From Sphingomonas phyllosphaerae (lineage in GTDB: Bacteria > Pseudomonadota > Alphaproteobacteria > Sphingomonadales > Sphingomonadaceae), in NCBI GenBank assembly GCA_036946405.1, contig JAQIJC010000001.1, positions 3,604,609 to 3,668,608 on the forward strand: 64,000 nucleotides of DNA, written 5' to 3'. Shown in pieces: positions 28,265 to 37,472 of the stretch. Every line of letters starts with the position of its first letter. Within the stretch, counting starts at the first letter, position 1. The notes under the pieces were generated by a model, which did not search any database, was not told the DNA's origin, and saw nothing but the letters and a program-made list of their open reading frames with translations. Position numbers and translations under genes: made by a program.

Positions 28265-29228
28265 AACTCTGGAAGTCGGGGAGCTGCCCGATCCGAGCCC
28301 CGGTGCGGGCGAGGTGGTGGTCGCGATCAAGGCCTGTTCGATCAACTATCCCGACGTGCTGGTGATCGAGGATCGCTACCAGTTCCAGCCGCCCCGCCCC
28401 TTCGCGCCCGGCGGTGACATCGCCGGCATCGTCGCCGAAATCGGCGCGGGTGTGACGCAGTGGCGCGTCGGCGACCGCGTGATGGGTACGGTGCTGATGG
28501 GCGGGCTCGCCGAACGACGCGCCGTCTCCGCCGATGCACTCTATCCGTTGCCTGACGGGCGCGGATTCGAGGAGGGCGCGGCGGTGCTGCTCACCTATGC
28601 CACCAGCATCCATGCGCTGGTCGATCGCGGGCGCGTGAAGGCGGGCGACCGCGTGCTGGTGCTCGGCGCGGCGGGGGGAGTCGGGCTGGCGGCGGTCGAG
28701 CTGGCGAAAGCATTTGGCGCGCAGGTGGTCGGCGCGGTGTCGAGCGAGGACAAGGCACAGGCGGTGCGCGCTGCCGGAGCCGACGAGGTGATCGTCTATC
28801 CGCACGCGCCGTTCGACAAGCCGGCGTCGAAGGCGTTGGCGGACCAGTTCAAGCAGGCCGGTGGCGCGCATGGCTTTCAGGTGATCTACGACGCGGTCGG
28901 CGGCGACTATGCCGAGCCGGCGCTGCGCGCGATCGGCTGGGAGGGACGCTATCTGGTGGTCGGCTTCCCGGCCGGGATCCCGAAGCTGCCGCTCAACCTG
29001 ACGTTGCTGAAAAGCTGCGACGTGTGCGGGGTGTTCTGGGGCGCCTTCGCCGGACGCGAGCCGGCGGCCAATCGCGCGCACATCCTGCACCTGCTCGAGC
29101 TGTGGGAGGCGGGGCGGATCGCGCCGCGGGTCACCGAGGTGTTCCCGCTCGATCGGGGCGGCGCGGCGGTCGCCCGGCTTGGCCAGCGCAGCGCGATCGG
29201 CAAAATGGTGGTGCGCGTCGCCGATTGA
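28227..29228 (+). CDS. NADPH:quinone oxidoreductase / zinc-type alcohol dehydrogenase family protein
   Basis: [23 protein letters not shown]...[14 protein letters not shown]...[17 protein letters not shown]. Confidence 0.85.
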   Translation: MRALLSRAPGGPETLEVGELPDPSPGAGEVVVAIKACSINYPDVLVIEDRYQFQPPRPFAPGGDIAGIVAEIGAGVTQWRVGDRVMGTVLMGGLAERRAVSADALYPLPDGRGFEEGAAVLLTYATSIHALVDRGRVKAGDRVLVLGAAGGVGLAAVELAKAFGAQVVGAVSSEDKAQAVRAAGADEVIVYPHAPFDKPASKALADQFKQAGGAHGFQVIYDAVGGDYAEPALRAIGWEGRYLVVGFPAGIPKLPLNLTLLKSCDVCGVFWGAFAGREPAANRAHILHLLELWEAGRIAPRVTEVFPLDRGGAAVARLGQRSAIGKMVVRVAD

Positions 29229-29289
29229 GCGACATTGAATGTCGTCGGGGCGCGCACTATCCATCGATCATAGACCGATGGGAGCCAGC

Positions 29290-29613
29290 ATGACCCTTTT
29301 CGACGATCGTGAGCGCGCGTTCGAAGCCAAGTTCGCCCGCGACGAGGAGGTGGCGTTCCGGATCACGGCGCGCCGCAACCGGCTGGTCGGGCAGTGGGCG
29401 GCGCAACTCATGCAGCTCACCCCCGCCGAAACCGACGCTTACGCCAAGGCGGTGGTACAGGCCGATTTCGAGGAGGCCGGCGACGAGGACGTGGTCCGCA
29501 AGGTCTATGGCGACCTGACCGCGGCCAACATCGACATCGACGAGGCGGCGGTGCGCCAGGCGCTGGCGGACCAGACCGTCGAGGCGCGTCGCCAGCTGAT
29601 GCAGCCGGAGTAA
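29290..29613 (+). CDS. DUF1476 (ATPase inhibitor zeta-subunit-like) protein
   Basis: ORF 29239..29613 trimmed to ATG 29290 after GGAG. MTLFDDRERAFEAKFARDEEVAFRITARRNRLVGQWAA.... Confidence 0.75.
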   Translation: MTLFDDRERAFEAKFARDEEVAFRITARRNRLVGQWAAQLMQLTPAETDAYAKAVVQADFEEAGDEDVVRKVYGDLTAANIDIDEAAVRQALADQTVEARRQLMQPE

Positions 29614-29618
29614 CCCCG

Positions 29619-29852
29619 ATGCCGATGGAAGGAAGCGACATCGCCGCGCTCATCAAGGCCGGCATCCCCGATGCCGATGTCGAGATGACCGATCTGGCCG
29701 GCGACGGCGATCACTGGTCGGCGCGCGTCGTGTCGGCATCGTTCGCCGGAATGCCGCGCGTCAAACAGCATCAGGCGGTCTATGCCGCACTGGGCGGGCG
29801 GATGGGCGGCGTGCTCCACGCCTTGCAGTTGACCACCGCCGTTCCGAAGTAA
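29619..29852 (+). CDS. bolA: BolA family protein
   Basis: Last 77 codons of ORF 29394..29852. MPMEGSDIAALIKAGIPDADVEMTDLAGDGDHWSARVVSASFAG...RVKQHQAVYAAL. Confidence 0.85.
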   Translation: MPMEGSDIAALIKAGIPDADVEMTDLAGDGDHWSARVVSASFAGMPRVKQHQAVYAALGGRMGGVLHALQLTTAVPK

Positions 29853-29889
29853 GCGCGAGACGCACGACCGCATTCGCAAGGAAGACGAT

Positions 29890-30228
29890 ATGACCGACGA
29901 TACCAACGCCCGCATCGACGCGCTGGTCAAGAACAACCCGGTGGTGCTGTTCATGAAGGGCTCGCCGCTGTTCCCGCAATGCGGGTTCTCGAGCCGCGCG
30001 ATCGCGATCCTAGAGCGGCTGGGCGTGCAGTTCGAGAGCGTCGACGTGCTGCAGGATCAGGCGATCCGGCAGGGGATCAAGGGCTATTCGGACTGGCCGA
30101 CGATCCCGCAACTCTATGTCGGCGGCGAGTTCGTCGGCGGATCGGACATCATGATGGAGATGTACGAGGCCGGCGAGCTGGCCGAACTGTTCCAGAAGGC
30201 GGGTGCGGCAGCGGCGCCGCAGGCGTAA
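29890..30228 (+). CDS. grxD: Grx4-type monothiol glutaredoxin
   Basis: VVLFMKGSPLFPQCGFS...WPTIPQLYVGGEFVGG. The CGFS active site is present. Confidence 0.9.
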   Translation: MTDDTNARIDALVKNNPVVLFMKGSPLFPQCGFSSRAIAILERLGVQFESVDVLQDQAIRQGIKGYSDWPTIPQLYVGGEFVGGSDIMMEMYEAGELAELFQKAGAAAAPQA

Positions 30229-30262
30229 GGAAACCTGCGCCGCGCCGGTCGGTTGATCGGCG

Positions 30263-30856
30263 ATGGTGGATGAACCTCACAGCGTCGGCGACATCCTCGA
30301 TGCGATCGACGATCTCGCCGGCAAGCAGGACGAGATCGCAGTCGGCGACGTCGTCGAGGCGCTGGGCGCGCGCGGCTTCGGGCCGTTCCTGATCGTCATG
30401 CCGCTCATCGACATTTCGCCGATCGGCAGCATTCCCGGCCTGCCGACCGCGATGGCGGCGGTCATCATGCTGATCGCGGTGCAGATGGCGCTGGGGCGCA
30501 AGCACCTGTGGCTGCCCGGCTTCGTGCGGCGGCGCGCCGTGTCCTCGGACAAGGTGCGCAAGGCGGTGGACAAGACGCGCGGGGTCGCGCGGTTCATGGA
30601 TCGCTGGTTCCACGGGCGCTTGCCGGCGCTAACGCGCGGGCCGTTCGTGCGCGCGGCGGCGATCGGCGTAATCGCGCTCGCCTGCGCGGTGCCGCCGCTG
30701 GAACTGCTGCCGCTCGCCACCACCGCGCCGATGCTGGCGATCGCGGCGTTCGGGCTGGCGATCACCGCGCGCGACGGGTTGCTGATGATCGTCGCGACGG
30801 TGCTGGCGATGGCCGCGGTCGGGATCGGTGTGGGGTTGTGGAGCGGGCGGGGTTAG
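30263..30856 (+). CDS. exoD: exopolysaccharide biosynthesis protein ExoD family
   Basis: 197 aa. ...VGDVVEALGARGFGPFLIVMPLIDISPIGSIPGLPT.... Hydrophobic C-terminal half. Confidence 0.8.
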   Translation: MVDEPHSVGDILDAIDDLAGKQDEIAVGDVVEALGARGFGPFLIVMPLIDISPIGSIPGLPTAMAAVIMLIAVQMALGRKHLWLPGFVRRRAVSSDKVRKAVDKTRGVARFMDRWFHGRLPALTRGPFVRAAAIGVIALACAVPPLELLPLATTAPMLAIAAFGLAITARDGLLMIVATVLAMAAVGIGVGLWSGRG

Positions 30857-30863
30857 CGCGCAT

Positions 30864-30940
30864 CGTCATTGCGAGCGGAGCGAAGCAATCCAGGGCGTCC
30901 TGGTCCGGCTCTGGATTGCTTCGCTCCGCTCGCAATGACG
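30864..30940. repeat. Hairpin repeat, family B
   Basis: CGTCATTGCGAGCGGAGCGAAGCAATCC-loop-GGATTGCTTCGCTCCGCTCGCAATGACG. Confidence 0.85.
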
Positions 30941-30952
30941 TGATACTGGTAT

Positions 30953-31036
30953 CGTCGCCCCGGACTTGATCCGGGGCCCCGCTTGCCTTTGGCTCGGCAA
31001 GAAGAAGCGGGATCCCGGATCAGGTCCGGGATGACG
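30953..31036. repeat. Hairpin repeat, family C (ORF-less copy)
   Basis: CGTCGCCCCGGACTTGATCCGGGGCCCCGCTTGCC-loop-GAAGAAGCGGGATCCCGGATCAGGTCCGGGATGACG. Confidence 0.85.
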
Positions 31037-31039
31037 ATA

Positions 31040-31073
31040 AGAAAAGGCCGCCCCGTTGTTCACGGTGCGGCCT
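31040..31073 (-). terminator. Rho-independent terminator candidate downstream of the CsbD-like gene
   Basis: On the minus strand: AGGCCGC-loop-GCGGCCT followed by TTTTC. It starts 27 nt after the stop at 31100. Confidence 0.5.
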
Positions 31074-31099
31074 CCCGTTCATCTCACGCGCAGGGCCGA

Positions 31100-31282
31100 T
31101 CAGATGTCGTCGCCGAGCGCGCCCTTGACCTTGCCCTTGAACTGCTCGCCCTTGCCTTCGGCCTGCTGTGCCTTGCCTTCGGCGGCGAGGTTCGGATCGC
31201 GGTTGTGGTCGCCGACGGCTTCCTTCACCTTGCCGATCGCTTCGTTGACATTGCCCTTGATCTTGTCGGTCAGCTCGCCCAT
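31100..31282 (-). CDS. CsbD family general stress protein (60 aa)
   Basis: Last 60 codons of ORF 31100..31912. AAGGAG lies upstream of ATG 31282. MGELTDKIKGNVNEAIGKVKEAVGDHNRDPNLAAEGKAQQAEGKGEQFKGKVKGALGDDI. Confidence 0.8.
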   Translation of the reverse strand: MGELTDKIKGNVNEAIGKVKEAVGDHNRDPNLAAEGKAQQAEGKGEQFKGKVKGALGDDI

Positions 31283-31317
31283 CGTCGATCTCCTTACTCG
31301 AAACCCTGTGACGACAG

Positions 31318-31342
31318 AACGGTGTTGCAACGCCGCAGTTCC
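31318..31342 (-). promoter_or_regulatory. EcfG-type general stress response promoter GGAAC-N16-CGTT
   Basis: The minus strand reads GGAAC tgcggcgttgcaacac CGTT. Its -10 element lies about 35 nt upstream of the csbD-like ATG. This matches the alphaproteobacterial sigma-EcfG consensus exactly. Confidence 0.6.
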
Positions 31343-31365
31343 GTAACGGCAGGACAAACCTTGTT

Positions 31366-32409
31366 TCAGATCAATCCCGACAGCGGACTCGACGGGTCGG
31401 CATAGCGGCGCTTGCCCATGCGACCGGCACGGTAACCCAGCCGTCCAGCCTCGACCGCGGCCTTCATCGCCGCCGCCATCAGCACCGGATCCTTGGCCTC
31501 GGCGATCGCGGTGTTCATCAGGATGCCGTCGCAGCCCAGCTCCATCGCCACCGCCGCGTCGCTCGCCTGCCCGACCCCGGCATCGACCAGCACCGGCACG
31601 CCTGCACCTTCGACGATCAGCCGGATCGTCACCTGATTCTGGATGCCGAGCCCCGAGCCGATCGGCGCACCGAGCGGCATGATCGCCACCGCGCCCGCCT
31701 CTTCGAGCTGCTTCGCGGCGATCGGATCGTCGACGCAATAGACCATCGGCTTGAAGCCCTCGCGGACCAATACCTCGGTCGCCTTCAGCGTCTCGCGCAT
31801 GTTCGGATAGAGCGTGCGCGCCTCGCCCAGCACCTCCAGCTTCACCAGATCCCAGCCGCCCGCCTCGCGCGCCAGCCGCAGCGTGCGGATCGCGTCCTCG
31901 GCCGAGAAGCATCCGGCAGTGTTGGGCAGATAGGTGACCTTCTTCGGGTCGATATAGTCGGTCAGCATCGGCGCGTTCCGATCGCTGACGTTGACGCGGC
32001 GCACCGCAACGGTGACGATCTCGGCGCCGGAGGCCTCGACCGCGGCGGCGTTCTGCGCGAAATCCTTGTACTTGCCGGTGCCGACGATCAGCCGCGAGCG
32101 GAACGTCCGCCCGGCGACCGTCCAGCTGTCGTCGGTGATCGGCTGCACATGATCGCCGCCGCCCCCCGCGACCGGATGGTCGCCGCCGCCGACGAAGTGG
32201 ACGATCTCCAGCTCGTCGCCATCCTCGACCACCACCTGCGTCAGCGTCGAGCGCGGGACGACCTCGAGGTTGCGTTCCACCGCCACCTTCTCGGGAACCA
32301 GCCCGAGCGACTCCGCCAGCTCGGCGAGGGTGATCCCGGCGGTCACGCGCTTGTGCTCGCCGTTCACGGAAATGGTGATGGTGCCGTCAGTATGTGCCAT
32401 GCGCGTCAT
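31366..32409 (-). CDS. thiG: fused sulfur-carrier ThiS / thiazole synthase ThiG
   Basis: Single 347-aa ORF. The N-terminal ~70 aa is ThiS-like, ending ...[12 protein letters not shown] linker [18 protein letters not shown] follows. Then ThiG: [19 protein letters not shown]...KLEVLG...[10 protein letters not shown]. Confidence 0.85.
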   Translation of the reverse strand: MTRMAHTDGTITISVNGEHKRVTAGITLAELAESLGLVPEKVAVERNLEVVPRSTLTQVVVEDGDELEIVHFVGGGDHPVAGGGGDHVQPITDDSWTVAGRTFRSRLIVGTGKYKDFAQNAAAVEASGAEIVTVAVRRVNVSDRNAPMLTDYIDPKKVTYLPNTAGCFSAEDAIRTLRLAREAGGWDLVKLEVLGEARTLYPNMRETLKATEVLVREGFKPMVYCVDDPIAAKQLEEAGAVAIMPLGAPIGSGLGIQNQVTIRLIVEGAGVPVLVDAGVGQASDAAVAMELGCDGILMNTAIAEAKDPVLMAAAMKAAVEAGRLGYRAGRMGKRRYADPSSPLSGLI

Positions 32410-32474
32410 CTAGGCACGCGCGCCGCGAGGGGCAACGTTGCGCCGCACCGCGCCGGATGCGATGATGCGGCGCG

Positions 32475-32909
32475 ATGACCGACACCGTCTATGTCCTGAA
32501 CGGACCGAACCTCAACCTGCTCGGGATGCGCGAGCCCGATATTTATGGGCATGACACGCTCGACGATATCGCCGGCGCGCTGGAAGACCGGGCGCGCGAG
32601 CTGGGGCTGGCGATCGATATGCGCCAGTCCAACCACGAAGGGCATCTGGTCGACTGGCTGCACGAGGCGCAGGCGCATGACGCGCGCGCGGTGCTGCTCA
32701 ACGCCGGGGCGTTCACCCATACCTCGATCGCGATCCATGACGCGATCAAGGCGATCAGGACGCCGGTGATCGAGGTGCATCTGTCGAACCCGCACACGCG
32801 CGAGGAATTTCGTCACACGTCGTTCGTCGGGCGCGCCGCGAAGGGCAGCATTGCCGGTTTCGGCGCACTGTCGTACCAGCTCGCGCTTGAAGCCGCGGCG
32901 CGCTTCTGA
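32475..32909 (+). CDS. aroQ: type II 3-dehydroquinate dehydratase
   Basis: VYVLNGPNLNLLGMREPDIYG...QSNHEGHLVDWLH...NAGAFTHTSIAIHDA...EVHLSNPHTREEFRH. Confidence 0.95.
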   Translation: MTDTVYVLNGPNLNLLGMREPDIYGHDTLDDIAGALEDRARELGLAIDMRQSNHEGHLVDWLHEAQAHDARAVLLNAGAFTHTSIAIHDAIKAIRTPVIEVHLSNPHTREEFRHTSFVGRAAKGSIAGFGALSYQLALEAAARF

Positions 32910-32948
32910 CAGGAGCCGCGACCAAAGGTCAGGGATAATCGGGGTTCA

Positions 32949-33434
32949 ATGGCTGACATTTCACACAATAGCGGGTCGATGCAGGTCGATGTCGATCTGG
33001 TCCGCCAGCTCGCCGAGCTGCTCGACACCACGCAGCTGACCGAGATCGAGGTCGAGGACGGCGATCGCAAGATTCGCGTCGCGCGCAAGGCGGCAGCGGT
33101 CAGTGCCGCGCCGGCGATGCATTATGCGCCGGCGCCTGCTGCGCCCGCGGCCCCGGCCGCGCCGCAGGTCGACGTCGCCGGGCCGTCGGCACCGTCGGAT
33201 GCAAACGCGGTGCGCTCGCCAATGGTCGGCACCGTCTATCTCGCCGCCGAGCCGGGTGCGAAGCCCTTCTCCAGCGTCGGGCAGAGCGTCGCGGCGGGCG
33301 ACACGCTGCTGATCGTCGAGGCGATGAAGGTGATGAACCCGATCACCGCGCCATCGGCGGGCGTCGTCAAGGCGATCCTGGTCGACAACGGCCAGCCGGT
33401 CGAGTTCGACCAGCCGTTGGTGGTGGTGGAGTAG
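32949..33434 (+). CDS. accB: acetyl-CoA carboxylase biotin carboxyl carrier protein
   Basis: Ala/Pro-rich linker, then ...[10 protein letters not shown]...[16 protein letters not shown]... (biotinyl-Lys motif). Confidence 0.95.
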   Translation: MADISHNSGSMQVDVDLVRQLAELLDTTQLTEIEVEDGDRKIRVARKAAAVSAAPAMHYAPAPAAPAAPAAPQVDVAGPSAPSDANAVRSPMVGTVYLAAEPGAKPFSSVGQSVAAGDTLLIVEAMKVMNPITAPSAGVVKAILVDNGQPVEFDQPLVVVE

Positions 33435-33465
33435 GCTACGCCGCTCCCGCGCGCCTTTCTCTTCC

Positions 33466-33546
33466 CCGTTCGTGCTGAGCCTGTCGAAGCACGTGCCGCA
33501 AGCATCGCGCTTCGGACACGCCCTTCGACAAGCTCAGGGCGAACGG
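33466..33546. repeat. Hairpin repeat, family D (between accB and accC)
   Basis: CCGTTCGTGCTGAGCCTGTCGAAG ... CTTCGACAAGCTCAGGGCGAACGG. Confidence 0.85.
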
Positions 33547-33565
33547 ACCTCTAGGTTTGTCACCC

Positions 33566-34915
33566 ATGCCCCAGATCAAGAAACTGCTGATCGCCAATCG
33601 TGGCGAGATCGCGCTGCGCATCCACCGCGCGTGCCACGAAATGGGCATCAAGACCGTCGCGGTCCACTCGACCGCCGACGCCGATGCGATGCACGTCCGG
33701 CTCGCGGACGAGGCGATCTGCATCGGGCCGCCCGCCGCGGCGGACAGCTATCTCAACATCCCGAACATCATCTCGGCCGCCGAGATCAGCGGCGCGGACG
33801 CGATCCATCCCGGCTATGGCTTTCTCAGCGAAAACGCGAAGTTCGCCGAGATCGTCGAGCTGCATAATCTGATCTTCGTCGGGCCGAAGCCCGAGCATAT
33901 CCGCGTGATGGGCGACAAGGTCGAGGCCAAGCGCACCGCGGGCGCGCTCGGGCTGCCGCTGGTGCCGGGCTCGGACGGCGCGATCAGCGATGTTGCCGAG
34001 GCGCAGGCGCTCGCCGAGGAAATCGGCTATCCGGTCATCATCAAGGCCGCCAGCGGCGGCGGCGGACGCGGCATGAAGGTGTGCCAGTCCGCCGATCAGC
34101 TCGAAACGCTGATGCAGCAGGCGGGCAGCGAGGCGAAGGCGGCGTTCGGCGATGCGACCGTCTACATGGAAAAGTACCTCGGCAACCCGCGGCACATCGA
34201 GTTCCAGGTGTTCGGCGACGGCAACGGCAACGCCATCCACCTCGGCGAGCGCGACTGCTCGCTCCAGCGTCGCCACCAGAAGGTGGTCGAGGAAGCCCCC
34301 TCCCCGGTCATCACCGCCGACGAGCGCGAGCGGATGGGCGGGATCGTCGCCAAGGCGATGGCCGACATGGGCTATCGCGGCGCGGGGACGATCGAGTTCC
34401 TGTGGGAAGACGGCGAATTCTACTTCATCGAGATGAACACCCGGCTGCAGGTAGAGCATCCGGTGACCGAGGCGATCACCGGGCTGGATCTGGTCCGCGA
34501 GCAGATCCGCGTCGCCGAGGGGCATCCGCTGACGCTGCGTCAGGAAGACGTGGTGTTCCGCGGCCATGCGATCGAGTGCCGGATCAACGCCGAGGACCCG
34601 CGCACCTTCGCGCCGTCGCCGGGGCTGGTGAAGCAATATCACGCGCCGGGCGGGATGCACGTCCGCGTCGATTCGGGGCTGTACGCCGGCTACAAGGTGC
34701 CGCCCTATTACGACAGCATGATCGCCAAGCTGATCGTCTACGGCACCACCCGCGAAGGCGCGCTACGCCGCCTGCGCCGCGCGCTCGAGGAGTTCGTGAT
34801 CGAGGGGATGAAGACCACCATCCCGCTGCATCAGGCGCTGCTGGATGATCCCGAGTTCCGCGAGGGGGCGTACACGATCAAATGGCTGGAGGAGTGGCTC
34901 GCCAAACAGGGGTGA
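33566..34915 (+). CDS. accC: acetyl-CoA carboxylase biotin carboxylase subunit
   Basis: The ORF starts at TTG 33557. I prefer ATG 33566 ([23 protein letters not shown]...). ATP-grasp motifs GGGGRGM and [14 protein letters not shown]. Confidence 0.95.
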   Translation: MPQIKKLLIANRGEIALRIHRACHEMGIKTVAVHSTADADAMHVRLADEAICIGPPAAADSYLNIPNIISAAEISGADAIHPGYGFLSENAKFAEIVELHNLIFVGPKPEHIRVMGDKVEAKRTAGALGLPLVPGSDGAISDVAEAQALAEEIGYPVIIKAASGGGGRGMKVCQSADQLETLMQQAGSEAKAAFGDATVYMEKYLGNPRHIEFQVFGDGNGNAIHLGERDCSLQRRHQKVVEEAPSPVITADERERMGGIVAKAMADMGYRGAGTIEFLWEDGEFYFIEMNTRLQVEHPVTEAITGLDLVREQIRVAEGHPLTLRQEDVVFRGHAIECRINAEDPRTFAPSPGLVKQYHAPGGMHVRVDSGLYAGYKVPPYYDSMIAKLIVYGTTREGALRRLRRALEEFVIEGMKTTIPLHQALLDDPEFREGAYTIKWLEEWLAKQG

Positions 34916-34951
34916 GATAAGCTCACTCTTCCGGCCATTCTCACCAATCTG

Positions 34952-35321
34952 CGTCGCCCCGGGCTTGACCCGGGGCCCCGCTTCTTCTCCCCTTCGCGCA
35001 TGGCTGGCGGCTGGGTCTACATCATGGCCGATCGCTATCGCGGGACGATGTATGTCGGCGTGACGGCTGATCTGGTCGCGCGGGTCGCGCAGCATCGCGC
35101 CGGCAAGGGATCGGAGTTCTGCGCTCATTACGGTTTGAACCGGCTCGTCTGGACCGAGTTCAGCGAGCAGATTGCCGCCTGCATTGCGCATGAGAAGCGC
35201 CTAAAACGCTGGCGACGCGAGTGGAAGTTCGCGTTGATCGAGCGTCACAATCCCGACTGGCTCGATTTGTTGGAGCGGTTCGCGTGAAGAAGCGGGGCCC
35301 CGGATCAAGTCCGGGGCGACG
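34952..35321. mobile_element. family C hairpin element carrying a GIY-YIG gene in its loop (candidate autonomous copy)
   Basis: The left arm 34952-34987 and right arm 35286-35321 are reverse complements at 34 of 36 positions. The ORF 35000..35287 fills the space that is a 10-20 nt loop in the other copies. Confidence 0.45.
35000..35287 (+). CDS. GIY-YIG nuclease family protein (95 aa)
   Basis: MAGGWVYIMADRYRGTMYVGVTADLVARVAQHRAGKGSEFCAHYGLNRLVWTEF...IAHEKRLKRWRREWKFALIERHNPDWLDL. GIY-YIG-type Tyr/Tyr/Arg/Glu positions are present. Confidence 0.85.
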   Translation: MAGGWVYIMADRYRGTMYVGVTADLVARVAQHRAGKGSEFCAHYGLNRLVWTEFSEQIAACIAHEKRLKRWRREWKFALIERHNPDWLDLLERFA

Positions 35322-35356
35322 AAACGGTTAGGTCCGAAGCGACGGCTTGAGTGAGT

Positions 35357-36370
35357 TCAGGCGTGCCCCTCCACCAGCCCCAGCAACCGATCGCGCTTGT
35401 CGAGCAGCGCCGCCATGTCGCCCGTCGGCGCCACGCGCCCCGCCATCGCGCGGTCGAGCCGCGTCCGCGCCGCGGGGGTGATATCCCCCAGCCGCGCGGC
35501 GATCTCTTCCATTTCCGCCATCCGTGCCCAGCAATCGAGCACCACGTCGCACCCCGCCGCGATTGCGCCGGCGGCCTTGTCGCCCGCCGAGCCCGACAGC
35601 GCCTTCATGTCGATGTCGTCGGTCATCAACAGCCCGTCGAAGCCGATCCGCCCGCGGATCACCTCCTCGATCACCACCGGTGACAAGGTCGCGGGGCGCT
35701 CGGCATCCCAGGCCTGATAGACGATATGGCTGGTCATCCCCATCGGAGCGTGCGCCAGCGTACGGAACGGCGCGAGGTCGTCTTCCAGCTCGGCCGCCGA
35801 GGCGGTGACGGTCGGCAAGTGGTAATGCGTATCGACCAGCGCGCGGCCGTGTCCCGGCATGTGCTTGACCACGCCGACCACGCCACCCGCTGCCAGCCCC
35901 TCCAGCGTCGCACGACCCATCGCGGCGACCCGCATCGGCTCGTGCCCGAACGCGCGACAGGTGATCGCCTCGGTCGTCTCGGGGCGCGCCACGTCGAGGA
36001 TCGGGTGGCAGTCGACGGTGATCCCGACCTCCGACAGCATCAGCCCCAGCGCGTGGCCGTTGGCGCGCGCCGCCTCGATCCCCGACATCGGCGCCAGCTC
36101 GTAGAGCCGGTCGAAGTCCGGTCCGGCGGGGAACGCCGGCCATTCCGGCGGCCCGAGCCGCGCGACGCGTCCACCCTCCTGATCGACGAGGATCGCGACA
36201 TCGTCGCGGCCCTCCAGCTCGCGCAGCGAATCGGTCAGCGCCCGCAGCTGCGCGCGCGTCTCGACATTGCGGCGGAACAGGATGTAGCCGGCGGGGCGCA
36301 CCGCATGGAAGAAGGCGCGTTCCGCCGCGGTGAGGACGGGGCCGGACAGGCCGAAGATCACAGGCTTCAT
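35357..36370 (-). CDS. nagZ: beta-N-acetylhexosaminidase
   Basis: MKPVIFGLSGPVLTAAERAFF...ILVDQEGGRVARL...KHMPGHGRA..DTH...LMTDDIDMKAL. This is GH3 NagZ. Confidence 0.9.
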   Translation of the reverse strand: MKPVIFGLSGPVLTAAERAFFHAVRPAGYILFRRNVETRAQLRALTDSLRELEGRDDVAILVDQEGGRVARLGPPEWPAFPAGPDFDRLYELAPMSGIEAARANGHALGLMLSEVGITVDCHPILDVARPETTEAITCRAFGHEPMRVAAMGRATLEGLAAGGVVGVVKHMPGHGRALVDTHYHLPTVTASAAELEDDLAPFRTLAHAPMGMTSHIVYQAWDAERPATLSPVVIEEVIRGRIGFDGLLMTDDIDMKALSGSAGDKAAGAIAAGCDVVLDCWARMAEMEEIAARLGDITPAARTRLDRAMAGRVAPTGDMAALLDKRDRLLGLVEGHA

Positions 36371-36474
36371 GCGCGCGCTTCTAGGGCGGAATGCGGGGTG
36401 GAGGAAATGACTTTGGAAGTCTGCGCGTCCGGCTTAGCTATGGGCGCTAATGTCGGGCCGTCGACCCACACCTG

Positions 36475-36542
36475 CCGTGCGTGCTGAGCTTGTCGAAGGG
36501 CGGATGAACGGGCACGTGCTTCGACAAGCTCAGCACGAACGG
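36475..36542. repeat. Hairpin repeat, family D
   Basis: CCGTGCGTGCTGAGCTTGTCGAAGGGC ... GTGCTTCGACAAGCTCAGCACGAACGG. Confidence 0.85.
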
Positions 36543-36599
36543 TCAGGGTGATGCCGGCGGGTCGGGAAGCGCTTTGGGTGACGATTGCGGGAGAAGACG

Positions 36600-37472
36600 A
36601 TGCGCGTTTCGGGTTGCCTGGCTTGCCTCATCGTCGCGGCCCTGCCCCACGTCGCACGGGCGCAGGACGCGCCGCCGCCGGCCGATCCGGGCGCGCTGCA
36701 ATCGACCACGCCCGACGACCTTCCCCCGCCGCGGGTCCCAATGCGCGTGCAGGTCGCCGTTGGGCCACAATGGCAGCCGTGGTTTCCCGGCGATGACCAG
36801 CGGCGGCTGAGCCCGTGGTTCAGCCTCTCGCGCACGCGCGGCGACACGCCGTTCGCGTTCGGCGCGCCGGATGACGGCACCAACCTGACGCTGATCCGCC
36901 GCGGGCGGACCGAATATGCGATCGCACTGCGCCGTGAAGGGCGGCGGCGCGGCAACGATCTCGTCCCCGGCCTGCCGGGTATCGGGCGGACGCTGGAACT
37001 GGGTGGCTCGATCGAGACATGGACCGGCGATCAGGTCCGCTGGCGCGGCGACGTGCGCAAGGGCGTCAACGGGCACAACGGCTGGATCAGCCAGCTCGGG
37101 ATGGACTATGTCCGCCGCGATGGCGACGACTGGCTGGTGTCGCTGGGCCCGCGCGTCCTGATCGGCGACGGACGCTATCAACGCGCCTGGTTCGGCGTCG
37201 ACGATCGCGCCGCCGCCGCGACCGGGCTGGCGCGTTACACGCCCAAGGCCGGGCTGCGTTCGCTGGCGTTGACCGGCAGCGCGTCGAAGGAAATCACGCG
37301 CCATTGGGGCGTCGAGACAAACGTGACCTACGAACGGCTGGTCGGTGGCGCCGCCGATTCGCCGATCATCCGCCGCGTCGATTCGGCGACGCAGCTACAG
37401 GTCGCGATCGGCGTGCATTACACCTTTTCGGTGCGGCTCCCCGATCGCGGCATCTTCCGCCTCATCCGGTGA
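36600..37472 (+). CDS. mipA: MipA/OmpV family outer-membrane protein
   Basis: ORF 36585..37472 trimmed to ATG 36600 after GGGAG. Signal MRVSGCLACLIVAALPHVARAQ. Beta-strand-rich sequence ending ...VAIGVHYTF-like. The family call is from memory. Confidence 0.75.
   Translation: MRVSGCLACLIVAALPHVARAQDAPPPADPGALQSTTPDDLPPPRVPMRVQVAVGPQWQPWFPGDDQRRLSPWFSLSRTRGDTPFAFGAPDDGTNLTLIRRGRTEYAIALRREGRRRGNDLVPGLPGIGRTLELGGSIETWTGDQVRWRGDVRKGVNGHNGWISQLGMDYVRRDGDDWLVSLGPRVLIGDGRYQRAWFGVDDRAAAATGLARYTPKAGLRSLALTGSASKEITRHWGVETNVTYERLVGGAADSPIIRRVDSATQLQVAIGVHYTFSVRLPDRGIFRLIR

Noticed and set aside
32410-32474. Expected a TPP (THI-box) riboswitch upstream of thiS-thiG
   Set aside because: The region is only 65 bp, shared with divergent aroQ. 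It has no CUGAGA or ACCUGA-type conserved elements.
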